DNA of 64,000 nt from Dimorphilus gyrociliatus (taxonomy: Eukaryota; Animalia; Annelida). Of the stretch, positions 23,767 to 37,067 are shown one piece after another. The notes beneath the pieces are model-generated. The model was given only the letters and a program-made list of their open reading frames with translations. It was not told the origin of the DNA and searched no databases. The stretch's first letter is position 1, and each line of letters opens with the position of its first letter. The stretch is taken from positions 1,461,745 through 1,525,744 of the forward strand of contig CAJFCJ010000006.1 of NCBI GenBank assembly GCA_904063045.1, given 5' to 3'. The position numbers and the translations under genes are program-made.

Positions 23767-24940
23767 ATTTACGTGTTTTGGTGAAAATTCTTATATCGCG
23801 TAGATTACTAGTGAATGCTAAGAATGATTGAAATGCAGGGGAGTATAGAGCAGATCTGCGTATTTTACTGTTACTATGGATACGGGTAGGCGTAAAAAGA
23901 AAGTCTTTTATATTTCTTGTTTACCTTTCCATTTTCGGGTAAAAATGAGGTTAACGAATAAGTTTCTTTCCTTCTTAAAAGACATTACTAATTATGAAAA
24001 TGAAGCAAAGTAAAGAAAATGGAAGTTTGTTCTCCTTTCACATAGATTGTATTGCTAGGTGGGTGGGACAAAAGTCAACTATCTTTTTATGTTAAATATT
24101 AACTACCTATACGAAGCACATTGTATATTTTTCTGATTCTTTTACCTAATTTCCTGATGCTTTACATTTAGAATATACTTTACTCGTCTTAGGCCTACGA
24201 GTTTTTTTTTTTAATAATGACCAATAGCAGGGAAAAAGTAGCGACAGTTTGTCAGTCATTATACAACAGCTATGCGTGTAGCGTTTTACTGTATCCGGTT
24301 ATTTATAAATGTTAAAAAGGAATAAAAAAAAGGATTTTTAACAAAGATATAAAGGAGTCAATTTAGTTCTTTTGTATTCATATAGCAGATTTAACCCTGA
24401 GTAGTGAATAAAATGCTTAAGTTTGTAAGGATATGTATCCTTCGCACAGTTGAAAATTAATTGATCAGAGTAAAGAAAGAGAAAGTCGTTTCTTCATTCG
24501 TATCTCATGCCAACACATTTGAACGTCGGCACGAAAGACGTATCTTTGATGTCAGAAGATTAGCTAGCCATATTTAGGCTTAATTTAGTATCTTCTTTCG
24601 TTTTCTGTTGTCTTTTATAAGAGAAGTCCTTAAAAGAAACAGATCAGGGTCAGAGAAAGAAAAGGTTTCTTTTATAATTTCCGTGCAATCATACAATCAC
24701 GGCAGATATCAATTGCCCCATCTTTATTATATGACTATAAATAGAAGATTTATCACAAAAAGCAATAGAACGTAGCCGGTTACGTGGTGTTAATTAATGA
24801 AATTATGGGACTGCTCTCGAAATGAAACAGATATGGCAATATTGTTTTGTTATTCGTGTGGTTACTTTTAAAAAAATAAGTAAGCCGCTAGGCGTCTAGG
24901 CGACAATCGCGTCATCCAGTTGATATATACGTTTTTAACG

Positions 24941-25837
24941 ATGAATAACTCAAGCCTTCCATCACCCTCGGATGAGTTCAGCAAGGTTTATTTGAAATAT
25001 CCTCAATTATTTCTCATATTGCTTGGCCTCGTCGGACATTTACTTAGTATTTGGGCGTTTCTCGAAAGGACGTCTAGAAAAGCAGCTTTGTTTAATATTC
25101 TCGCTGCCCAAAGTATTTCTCTCCAGCTCGTCTTCGTTAGCAACTTATTCAATTGGATTTCAGAGTATACTTCCAATAAACTTGTACATAGACCGTTCGC
25201 CTGTCATCTTCATGCTTTTGTTGCGAAATCTGCCTACTTTTCAGCTTTATGCCTATCATTTTATGCTTGCATCGAAAGGTTCTCCTATCTTGTCTATTCT
25301 AAAACGTTCGGAGTCGGAAGAATTAGAATAGCAGTTGTCTTTACAATTATCGTATCCCTAGTCGTCCATTTAAACGTCTCAACAACTTATGGAATTTTCT
25401 ATTCAAAAGAAAGAGCCGACTATTTTTGTTATCAAATGTTAACGAAAATTGAACGACTAGTATTTAATGTTGCCGGTCTACTGTTTGAATTCTTATTAAC
25501 GGATTGTGGAAGAGTTTTTTTATTAGTTAGAATTATTCACAATTCTGATAATACGGACTTTTCTAGGATGATTTATTCTTCAAATATATTCCAGCTCATC
25601 TTCAGTACGCCTCGGCACCTTTTAAGAATCACAGAATTGAAAGATGAACATTTTAAATATTCCTATTTGGAGGTTATTCATACTTCATTCCTGTTAAGCG
25701 TTTCTTGTCATTTCGCCTTTTATTTAGCTACTTCCAAGGATTTTAGGAAAGCTTTGAGGCTCTTCAGAGAACAGACTGAGGGTGATGTTGTTCTAAACAT
25801 AGACTTACCGGACGAAGATCAAAATACGAGTTTCTGA
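24941..25837 (+). CDS. Intronless divergent rhodopsin-like (class A) GPCR, orphan
   Basis: Seven hydrophobic segments; TM1 LGLVGHLLSI; TM3 preceded by a Cys and ending IERF (DRY variant); TM7 SCHFAFYLATSKDFRKAL plus helix 8. Confidence 0.8.
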   Translation: MNNSSLPSPSDEFSKVYLKYPQLFLILLGLVGHLLSIWAFLERTSRKAALFNILAAQSISLQLVFVSNLFNWISEYTSNKLVHRPFACHLHAFVAKSAYFSALCLSFYACIERFSYLVYSKTFGVGRIRIAVVFTIIVSLVVHLNVSTTYGIFYSKERADYFCYQMLTKIERLVFNVAGLLFEFLLTDCGRVFLLVRIIHNSDNTDFSRMIYSSNIFQLIFSTPRHLLRITELKDEHFKYSYLEVIHTSFLLSVSCHFAFYLATSKDFRKALRLFREQTEGDVVLNIDLPDEDQNTSF

Positions 25838-26943
25838 TAAAGTGACGGCCCGAAGCAAGAAGACGCCAATCACCCTACTTGCATATAGATGGTTGAATGT
25901 AATGAGATATGATTAACACTTCAAATATTTGGTGGAGGTGCGGTAGCGACTATGCGTATGCTCCATCTATCGCCTTTTTGGAAGAGTACGGTGCGTTGGA
26001 TAATAAACAAGTCAACATAATCAATGGTACAATTCTCTTACTCTTGTAGAAAAGTGACTGGAATTAAGTGCTTGAGACTAATTATATACTTGATACAAAG
26101 TAATTACCAAAAAAGTTATTAATGAAGAATCTTGTAACATTTTGCAAATATCTATCTTAGTTTCTTGCAAGTTTTTTCGACCTTCTCTTTCTTTCGACTC
26201 TTCTTCATTTCTCTTCTTCCCTATCTCTGACTACTTTTTCTTCCTCTCTCTCTCTCTCTCTCTCTTGATTGTACTTTTAATTTATTCTGAGTTGAATCAA
26301 GATAATCTGCTTTTGCATTATTATGTATAATAAGTAAACAAAGGATTTCAAAAATATAACATACTGATACTTAGACATGTTTCAAGGCTAGACTCGTTGT
26401 TTTCCCATTTACCATACAAACGTTAAGTAAAGTTGAAAACGGAGCAATTTATGGTCAGAATTTATTACTTTATACGTTTACCAGATGGCACTACTGAATT
26501 GCAAATTAAGGCTCTTTATCAAAGTTGTTTGTTTGACTAAGTAGTTCCAGAGTTTATAATTTTCCTTATAGTGTTTGTAAGTAGGGAAAAAACATGAAAG
26601 AAATGAGAAATGTACGAAATACACGAAATACACAAAAATTAGTTTTTATCTGTCAAAAGCTCGTAATTATAGGTCGACGGAGATGACTACTATTATAGCA
26701 GAAAGAGAAGGTTTGCAGGTCTCTACTCCGTTTGTAATCATAGGTATAAGTCAATAAATGTATGACGTAAAAAGCGTGCATATATTTAAAGTATGTTAAA
26801 AATTGATAGAAATAAACAGCTTTAATATGAACGTATATATCAGATAAGATATATAATAGAATACTGCAAAGACATTTTGTCTATCGTATAATAAAATATC
26901 TTAAAAAGCAAGATTTCTACTAATTAAAAATATATTGAAAAAG

Positions 26944-28524
26944 AAAAATTCCGGTACTACTAGGAGACCAAAGTATGGATTTTTTTGGAAAGCATTTTAA
27001 CGTCAGTTCAGTAAATGTAAGGAATTAAATCTTTAAATACTTATTTTAAAGTGGAAATTTAAAGGGTTTTTTTTGTATCAAGCTGGAGATATTCCACGAG
27101 AGACAAGTTGATAAATTTGGAAGAGTAACTTGGAAAGGAATCTGTATTAATATGCTAAATGAATTGGCTAAATCGTTTAATTTTACCTATAAATTAACGG
27201 AAGCACCAGATAGAAAATTTGGTTCAGTAGATAAGAATGGAGAGTGGAATGGTTTAGTGCGAATGGTTATAGATAAAGTATTTACTATATGTTTTAATTA
27301 GATATAAAATGTAAATTAATATGTATTTATGTTTTTCTTCCTTTATCCTCTTCTTCAAGAAATCTGATTTTGCGATAGGTAAGCTTACTGTCAATAAGGA
27401 GAGATCGGAAGTAATAGATTATAGCGTTCCTTTTTGGCAAGAAAACTCGGTTATGGTAATGAGAAGAAAAGAATATATAGACTATAGTACTGTCTTTATA
27501 AAACCTTTCTCTTGGCAAGTTTGGCTTTTTATTGGTCTATGCATTCCAATAATTTCTTTCGTATATTCAATTTTCGAGTTTTATTCGGTGAAGAAGAAAG
27601 GAAATATGAAAAAATCTCTATTTTCATTGTTCGCAAGGTCAATTTGGTTAGTATCGGGTGCCCTATTAAAGCAAAGCGGTAATGATGTATTGATAAGAAC
27701 AGGATCGTAGATCAATAGATATTATAGCTCTATTGGATAGCCCTCCCATAGACTTGTTCATTCAGCTAATTTAATTGAATTAAATTGATTAACTGTCATG
27801 GAGGAGTTATAACTTATTTAAAAAGATATCTATTAATCTACGTGTAGGTTTCAAATCGATCATTAGTTGTGTTTGGCTGTTTTCTATAATGATCTGTGCC
27901 ATATATAATGGTAATTTGATAGCGTTCTTTACAAAACCAAAGCCTAATTTAGAGATTTCAACTTTGAGGGATTTGGCCGAACAAAGTAGATTTAGCTATG
28001 GTCTTTTGGAGGCTTCCGCCTTGCATGTACTTTTTCAGGCGTCAACTAATGGCGTTTACAATACCTTATTAAGAAATAGTATAGGCTTTTCAAGGAATCG
28101 AGTACAATCACATGCAGAAGGAATTCAGCGGGCTTTAACTGGAAATTATGTTTATCTATCAGAAAAATCTGGTGTTATACGGTCGCTTTATAACGGTGAC
28201 TGTTTATTAAAAATGGCGGATGAGCAATTTTTCCCATCCTATCAAGCTTTTATATTTGGTAAGGGTTCAAATTATCTTGAAGCATTCAACTCGAAAATAT
28301 TGAAAATGAGGGAAACAGGAATGATAGACAAGTGGAAGGACGAATTCTATCCGAAGGACATTTGTAGTTTAAAGGCAAACAATAATGGCTCATCCGTTGT
28401 GGCCACAATATTGCACTTTGAGGGAGTGTTTTCTCTTTTCTTAACTGGATTAGTATTGGCCAGTTTCATTTTACTGGTAGAGCGTTTATTATTTTGGCGA
28501 AGAATGAACAGAAGGGTAATGTAG
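26944..28524 (+). CDS. Ionotropic receptor / iGluR-like subunit apparently lacking an ATD (5' end unresolved)
   Basis: S1 reads WKGICINMLNELAKSFNFTY...FGSVDKNGEWNGLV and DFAIGKLTVNKERSEVIDYSVPF. M1 reads FIKPFSWQVW, the P-loop SIWLVSGALLKQ, M3 IYNGNLIAFF, S2 LRDLAEQSRFSYG...LKMRETGMIDKWK, and M4 HFEGVFSLF. Confidence 0.9.
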
Positions 28525-28532
28525 CGCCATCT

Positions 28533-31120
28533 TCAGACGTCTCTGTAAGGAAAGAGTTTAGTGTAATATCGTGGGAGGAAATTAAGTATATGTCACAAAA
28601 AAAAAAAAAAATACTGCTGAAAATTAGTGCTTTTCAGTACATATTCGTAGGAGAGTGAGGGGGTGGAGAATGTTGGAAGGCGGTGAAGGAGAAGAATAAG
28701 AGAAATGGGTGGACACAAAAATTACGGACTTGGTACGAAAAAAATGACTTAGTACTAACGAAGCTTCGAGGTGAGAGTCGTGAAGTAAGCGTAGAACTTC
28801 CTTTGGTGATATCTTTCGCTTATGATCGTCGGTATGTAGACTAGCGGGAGTAAAAACGTTTGTTGACGAAATGAACGAGCTGGATGCTAATGAATGAGAT
28901 AACGTTGTTTTATCCTCTTCCCCTTTCCCATTCCATGAATAGCGTTTTTGGATAGCACATTCCGGTTTGGGCGGTTGATTTAAGTCATGAGTAGTACTGG
29001 CAGTCCAATAACGTTTATCTCTGGACAATCGTCGATGGTTTAATTTCGATTTCGTTTCTTCGTCTATGCAGTCCAAATCGGAAGATGAAGAACTGACGGA
29101 TAATCGATCGGTTGCGAAGACATGCCGTAGTTGATCTATCCTTGGTGAAAGTTGTTTGTTCCTGGCTCCACTCACAGTTGCTGCTCTTGACCTGATTTCT
29201 GTTTGTTCCACATGGCCGGATGAGGACGTGTCTAACAACTCCATACTCATACTGACATTATTTGAAAGTCTTTCTGCCGCTTTTTCTTCTAACGCAACCT
29301 GAGATAAAAGTTCTGTGGAACTAACCTTCTCACTAACAGGGTATTCCATAAGGCTAGAGTTTCTCCTCCCACTCCACAATTCTACATATGCTTTTTTGGC
29401 GTTCGTTATATCTTCGTACCATTTACTGTTGTTTGCAGTAAAAGTGTAGACACAATTAACACAACCAAACTCATTAATATATGCTAAAGAGAACATAGTA
29501 TCTTTGAGAAATATAGGCTTAACCAAGTCTAACCTCATGGGTGGCTTGATTACCCTAACTCTACTTTCCGCTTTTTTCGAGCGTTTCGCGACTAGAACGA
29601 GATCGGTGAATAGAAAGAGTATAATTTCTTGCGATTTTACGCTCACGCCTTCTTTCATCTTTAGATATCCTTCTTTGATTAGACGCCTCCTATAGTGTTC
29701 TCCGCAAACCGCCATAGGAGAAGAAATATCATATTTTAAGGCGTCTTGTAAATGAAAATACACTTCTTCCGGATGAGTGTCTATTAAATCGAAACTTTCT
29801 ATTCGTTGCGTAATATTAAGTAATTTGGCCTGTTGATCATGTATTTGTATCTGTTCATTTACTGAACTTACAAAACTCTTAATACGATTTAAAGTCAACC
29901 CTAATTTACGTTTGTCGCACTCATCGTCGGTACATTCCAATAATCTTTGTAGAAGTAAAACGTGCCGTGTTATATGTTGCATAGGACTGCTTAAATAACT
30001 AGCAACATCCAATTTGTTCAAGTTCGTATGACTATTCGCCCAGGTATAGAATTTCTGAAAGGCTGTATTCCTCTCGCGTTCCTCATTGATGTATTCCTTA
30101 CATTTTTCCATTTTAAGATTATATTGATATTCTTCTAAGAATAGATCTCCGAATTCGTACAATTCTTCCAAACTAGCTGAATTAACAGGTCTCTTACTCT
30201 CTCGTATTTTTCTTATAAAAGGCGATATGACGTCATTCCACCTCCTACAGCATTGTACATAGACGTCGTTTAGATTGAAAACGATTTTGTCAATATCAAC
30301 ACCTCCTAATAAATGTTCATTCGTCAAATGTCTTAACGGTCGTACGAATACGTCAACTATAATTTTTAATTTAAGAGCATAGTTCGCCTCGAAGTGTAAA
30401 ATTTCCCACACTACACTTTGCTGCTGGCGTTCGCTCTTTGATAGGCCTTCATCAGATATTACAGCATTCCATTCGGATTCTAATTCGATGGCTCCGGGAT
30501 CAAATTCCAACGATTCGCTACGTTTTGGTAAGCGTTTACCAAATTCAGTAAGGCGTCTGGTAAGGGCATCATCAATCCCCTGAGATCTTATTTTTAATGA
30601 CGGTGAACCTTCGTCGTCTGATTTACGATGCTTGTTGGTCTTTATAAAAAAAAGATAAAAAATTATTTAACTGAACCGAAAGCGTATAGCAAAGTAATAT
30701 AACAGCAGAAATCAATTTCTCAATGAAACAATAAGGAAAAAAGAACTGAAAGAATACTAAAAAAAGGCCAATTAATTAAATATATATAACATATATACTA
30801 TATATATATATACACATTTATATATATATATATACTGTATATATACATATGAATAAATAATTATATATATATATATATATATATATAACCATACGGATTA
30901 TATAATCTATTAAGATAGAGTTTACATTTCTATATTAGAAAAGTCATAAATATTTAAGACGACAATCTAAAACAAAAAATAATAATAGAAAAGAAGCTTT
31001 TCCTACTGTTTTAGGTCTTTCATTAACTTTTTGAACCTTTTTAGACGCCATACTTTCGTCAAAATCAACAAAAAATTGTAAGGCATCTCGCTGTAGTTTA
31101 GCAATATTCGTCGCCGACAT
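28533..31120 (-). CDS. DH-PH Rho guanine nucleotide exchange factor, PLEKHG5/6 (Syx)-like; exons 31120-31007, 30639-28760, 28542-28533
   Basis: DH reads QQSVVWEILHFEANY...PMQHITRHVLLL; PH reads RRLIKEGYLKMK...LFLFTDLVLVAK...IKPPMRLD. A terminal micro-exon gives ...LEASDV*, a class I PDZ ligand like PLEKHG5 SEV. Confidence 0.88.
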
Positions 31121-32659
31121 CGTTCGATGTACAACTGACGTCGAATTCTAGCGAAAGCGTCTCCTGACGTCACTAAACTCGTACTCGATCAACTATTATC
31201 GGTGATATATATATATATATATATATATATACACCGTATATACTAAAATATATTTCTACACATATATAGACTATATTCTGAAAATCGAATGCTTATTTTT
31301 AGATGACCTAAAAGTAATAATTCTAGAGTTTTTAAAGGGTTCTACCTAAAAATGTATAGGATATATAAGTATATATATCAATATATACTAATATATACAT
31401 ATATATTTCAATTAAAATATCTCTATTCCCTCATTTGCATCACGAGATCGTGAAAGAAAAAACGTATATTGTATACATAATATTGTATACTCATATAAAT
31501 TTATTCAATTTGATCTTTTTATACATTTAAAGCACGCCAACGCAAGGTGTCACCCTGGGGAATTTCAATCGCCTAGTAAAATAGCGTCTAATTTCCACAA
31601 ACACTTCTTTACAGGCCCATATCTAAAATACAAAACTATTTTATAAGAAAATAGGAGAAATATACGGTAGAATTATAAGATTCGTGAGTAATTGCCAGAA
31701 AAACTTGTCTTAATTGACGTCTCACTTTTCAGTTATAGGTAGACGCATCTCTGTTATTGAGTGGAGTATTAGGAAATATGTAGAAAAGTGATATGAAAGT
31801 GTGGGCGAGGTCAAACTCTCGAGTGCTCGCATCGGTAAAACATCTCTTGTCATTAATACTAAAAGAACGGATCATTTTAATAAGAACATATTTAAATAAA
31901 TAGTTGACTAAGGCTAAATTGTAATTTTATAGTTTTCACAGTATTTTAAGCAGGTGCCATCTGGTGTTCGCAAAAAGTTTACAAGCTTTAAATTAGATTG
32001 TAATACAACAACCAACCTAACAATATAGCCTTTTTCCAGTTCAACAGTTTTGTTATGACTCGACCTATTGTAGGGAATAATAACTGTGGCGTTTGATTAT
32101 TGACAATTTTGTCAGTTTTTAAGATAAAAATCTCTAATAATATATAGGACGTAATAAACCATTTGTAAAATTAGATGAAGACACTAATAAAGAGCCAATG
32201 CATTAAAACAGAAAGAGGTCTAGTTAAAAGATATCAGGTTGCTAACGAGCAACAAAATATATTCTGATACAACGATAGAAGCAAATTCGTATCTGTTTAC
32301 GGTAGAAAAGTAAAATTGCTATACAATACCAACGTCAAGCCAAGTTACCTACATTCAAACAGTCAATAAGTCAGGTAAATAATAATAGAAATCGTTAATG
32401 AAAGAAGATATGTCCATAAATGAACAATTCTTTAATCTCTTTTATAATCTATTCTCCTTTCCTTAATTACGTATAGATGGACAGCAAAATTGAGTATACT
32501 CCTATAGTGACGTCAATTAACTCTTCCCACAGGGTAGAGTACGCATGCGCCCTAAGCCAAAATATTCTATACTTTTCTTTTTTTGACAAGATAAAAATAC
32601 AACAATTGTGGAAAATTACAGTTCAATTGAGCCCTTTACATAAATAAATAAATATACAG

Positions 32660-32691
<32 letters not shown>

Positions 32692-33508
32692 CGTACAATA
32701 ATTACAGAGTACTAGGTTAAGAATGGAGATATAAAAGAAATGAAACTAATAAAGGATTTAATCATTAAATTATAAATATAATGCTGCTGTGGAAGTATAG
32801 ACTATAAATATATTCTAAAAAAAAAAAAAAGAAAAAAAAAGATCTTTAAAAAACAAACAAAAGAAAATCTATAAAAGCTTTAAAAACACTTGGAAAAGAG
32901 ATGTTCGTTTTATTATCTTGATATTAATTTTTTAAAGCTTAATTGTTATATTTTTTGAATAGATACTCAAAAATCATAGTCATAACATGTGACTGAAAAC
33001 AAATATGAAATATGATGCTTATATCTAACACTAACCGTTAATTAGACTGTTAGGTGAGATTGAATTAATACGGGGGAAAAGGGATACATATATAAATTTA
33101 TACTTTTTATATGTTATATATTCTATTATATATATATATATATATATATATGTATAGGGTTTTTTTGAATTTTATTCAAACGAATATATATCTATGATTG
33201 GCAGAGAGAGAGAGAGAGAGAGGGAAATGCTAGCTTAATTATTGTCATATTTTTAATAATGAAATTTTTGAAAGATCGTAGGAAAAAACGAGGGCAAGGA
33301 GGACCCTTTCAATTCTTATTATACTTAAAATAAATGAATATCACATAGAGACAACGGAAAATCTTTTACAAATGCTAATCTTTTGAAATAATTGCTAATA
33401 TGTTAAATAATAGTAGTTATATACCGTATATACTAATATATACAATATATATTTAATATATATCTATCTAGTAATATACAAGATACAATATATAATATAA
33501 CATATACT

Positions 33509-33541
<33 letters not shown>

Positions 33542-33711
33542 GGTGTATATACTTATAATTTATACATGCAGTATATAAAATTTTCTTTCTAATATACCTT
33601 GAAACTAAACGACCTTCGTAGCATCGTCTAATTGCAAGACTGACGCAAAAAGCGTCGCCCACGACTTGCAACAGATTTTTGTATCTATATAAATTAAATT
33701 TTTTGGCCTAC

Positions 33712-33822
33712 CTTATCTAAAATAAGGGGTATTCCAGGTTGTAATCCTTGGTCGATGGCGAATCTTCGCCTATCCGAAGTAAGTTTGTTCATATTCTGCG
33801 ATTCTGTTCTGTTCAAAAGCAT
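33712..33822 (-). CDS. Candidate alternative first coding exon of the RhoGEF (MLLNRTESQNMNKLTSDRRRFAIDQGLQPGIPLILDK)
   Basis: 111-nt ATG-initiated open frame ending at an AAG|GTAGG donor in phase 0, compatible with RhoGEF exon 2 at 30639. Confidence 0.4.
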
Positions 33823-36800
33823 GCCGTATCGCTAAATGGGTAGCGATAAAGAATCTTTAAGGTCGTATAAGTGTTTATATTGTATGTATAACAATATAAC
33901 AAAAGTTACGTATTCCAATATATTATTAATATACGTCTACTGTAATATATATATTTATACACAAATAATATAAACTTATATGTATATACTGTTAAATTTT
34001 TCTATTTATATAGTTTCATTTATTTAAATATACTGTACATACGTATATAACTAGAACACTTTTTTTTTTACCGTTTTGTTTTTTATTCGATGGAAAAAAA
34101 CTTATCGTTTTCTTGGCAAAATCATAACTTCCTTCCGGCGATAAAAACATATCCACGATGGTAAGAAAAATGTATCGGTTTGAAGGAAGCTATGTCATAA
34201 ACATCTGCGAGGCATCAGCTAATTTTATAGCGTCGTTTTGTAAGGGAAGCCAGTTAGTTACACGACTGCAATTCTAGGCCTATCATATGTTGAAAATCGT
34301 TGATAGATATTCTTAAGGATTAGAGTGAGGGTGGCAGGGAAAGAAAGTGTATGTCTATGTGTGTATGTATGTATGTGCAAGAGAGAGAGAGAGAGAGAAT
34401 GAAAAAATTAGAGGTGAGAGAGTGGAAGAGTGCGAGAATAAGAGAGTGAGAGGAAAGTGAGAGGGGAACGGAAGAAAAAATATAAAAGAGAACGGAAAAA
34501 TTCTATTTTTTTTTATTCAGTAAAGAAAATGAAAAGAGAGTAGAAGAAGAAGAAAAAGAAGAAGAAATAAGAATTAGATCGTGTATGAACCAAAAGAAAA
34601 GAGTACATTCTCTGTTGTCTTACTCTACTTTAGAATATTTCATTTTAGTAACCATAAAAGAAAAAAAATTTCTTCTTCTTCTTTTAACCATTCGGAGTCT
34701 CTTTTTTTTGTTTTATTTTTAATTCTCGTTTCGTTTCCTCCCCTTTCCTCTTTTCCTGTTTTTTTATTATCTTTTTTTGTCTCTTCAAGGTCTCAAAATA
34801 TTAAAATCGAAGAAAAAGAAAGAAAACGAAATATAAAAGAAACAATTATTCCTATTATTAAGCCTATTCTTAAGGAATCAGTATATGAGACTATATAAAG
34901 TATATATATATATATGTAATATACCGTATATCTAGTACATGAAATTATGCTGAAAGTTAGATAATGAGAGTGAAAAGAAAATTAGAACGCCATCTACAGA
35001 CTACAGTAAACACTAGTGTTATTATTTTAATCCTTAAAGATTGTTTACTGACGTCCACATCTGACACGTAATTGATTTCCAATGAATTATATATCTTAGA
35101 CGATCTGTCGCGTTATCAAAAAAACCTGTCTTGCATTCTTTAGTGTTTTTATACTCTTTTCTTTTATTTTTAATTTAAATTGGAAGACAAATCTTTTTTC
35201 ATAAGGATATCTCATGTCCTTAACTATTGTTATTTAGTTTATAAGTAATATATATATATATATATATATATATACTGGTATGTAAAAGGAAATAAATTAT
35301 ATTGGTAATAAATTAAAAAAAGATTACTAAATTTAATAGTAAGTTGTCAAGGGCTACCTATTTAGAAAGGTGTCGACTGTTGACCGACTTTTAAGTCAGT
35401 TAACTATAATATTAGAATATAATATATAAAGTTTTAGTAATATTTTTGTTATCAATTTTATAAACTGTATTAAAACCAACTTTCAGCTTTTACTGTTTAA
35501 ACTTTATAAGAGAGGATAGAGATAGTGAAAGAGAGAGAGTGAGAGATTGAAAAAAAAAAAAAGAGTTAAATTTGTACGCCTACTACACCAATAAACAAGT
35601 CATAGATATTTTACAGTTAGATAAAAAGAAGGAGTGGAGGTGAGAGAAAATAGCGGAAAAAGAAAGAAAGAATGAGAGAGAGAGAAAGAAAGAAAGAAAA
35701 GGGAAATAAGAGAAAAAAAGAAAAGAAAAAGAGTCTAGATGATGAGAAGAAAAGAATGGGTCTATAATATAAGTTTAAATTAAAATATATTCTCTAAATA
35801 AATTTTACGGGGTTAAGGCGCATTATTCAAATTGACAATGAAAGGAATTCTTATTCAATCTCGTTTTTTAATTGAAAATAAGCTAACAAAAAATATGACA
35901 ATAATGAACTATAGTTAAAATTTTATATATATATTTATATATATTCATAAAATTGACGACAATTCTTAAGCAACCAATTAAAATCTAATATTTCAAAATT
36001 TTAAATAGATAATTAGATATAATTATATAAACAGGAAGGACTATATTTAAAATAGAAATTTTTAATGGAAAATATAAGCTTTTTGTACAATTGTAACATG
36101 ATTCATTCCAAAATTAGCTACTAAAAATAATAACACACTCGTATTGACAGAAAACTTGTACTTTAAATTAAAATGATAGGAAATTATGTAAATAAATCCT
36201 TACCTTAGTTTTTATCATTTCATTATTTAAATGTTTCCAATTCATTTAATATGAATTTCTGAATTTATCCTATGTTTATTTATAGTGATAAACTTGTTCA
36301 CATTCCTCTTTTTTAGCACAAAATAGTAAATATGCCGTACAACCTATATATATATATATATATATAAATATAGATATATACAGTTTACTATATACTGTAT
36401 ATATATATAGATATATATATAGTGTCGTTAAAAAATTTTTGTTGATATCATTTATGACTTTGTTCTCTCTCCCTATCTTACTAGTGAATACATACAGTAT
36501 ATATCTATTCTTTTCTTAAGTAATTTTAAATTAACAATAACACGTATTAAGTAGACTTAGACCAGTTAGGGTGTTTTTTTATTTAGTTTGCTAATTAATA
36601 GGAAAATAGAAGTTGAATAGGAGTTTGAAATATAGAAGATTTAGATTATATACAAATAAAATCTATATTTAGGCCATCTTGCAATCTCGTTTTAACTTTT
36701 CCAACTTAAAAGTGCGTTGAAACCTTGTCAGAAGGAGAGGAAAATACATTTTTAATGAGATTTGTGACCATAGGAAATTTTCTGGATATATACAAAAATC

Positions 36801-37067
36801 TAGCTTGAGTCACTCACTCACTCACACTCTCACTTTCGTTTGCGAATGAAAGAAAATATAAGCATCAATCTTGAAGCCGTAAACTGCACATTTTTTCATT
36901 TTTGTTAATGAAAAATGATTACAAATACTCTCTTTTATGATAGTCATTATTGTAGAGGAAAGTAGGCGTCTCTACTGTTGTAGGTTTGGGAGCTTACTCT
37001 TAGCCATTGCAGTTTTATAGCTTGACGTTGTGAGAGTACTGTAGAAGTTTAATTTTTTTAAAGGATT

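Noticed and set aside
34581-34898. F/S/L-rich ORFs in pyrimidine tracts (also 26142, 41923, 54037, 62992)
   Set aside because: They are products of (CT)n, (TA)n and poly-T low complexity rather than TM proteins.
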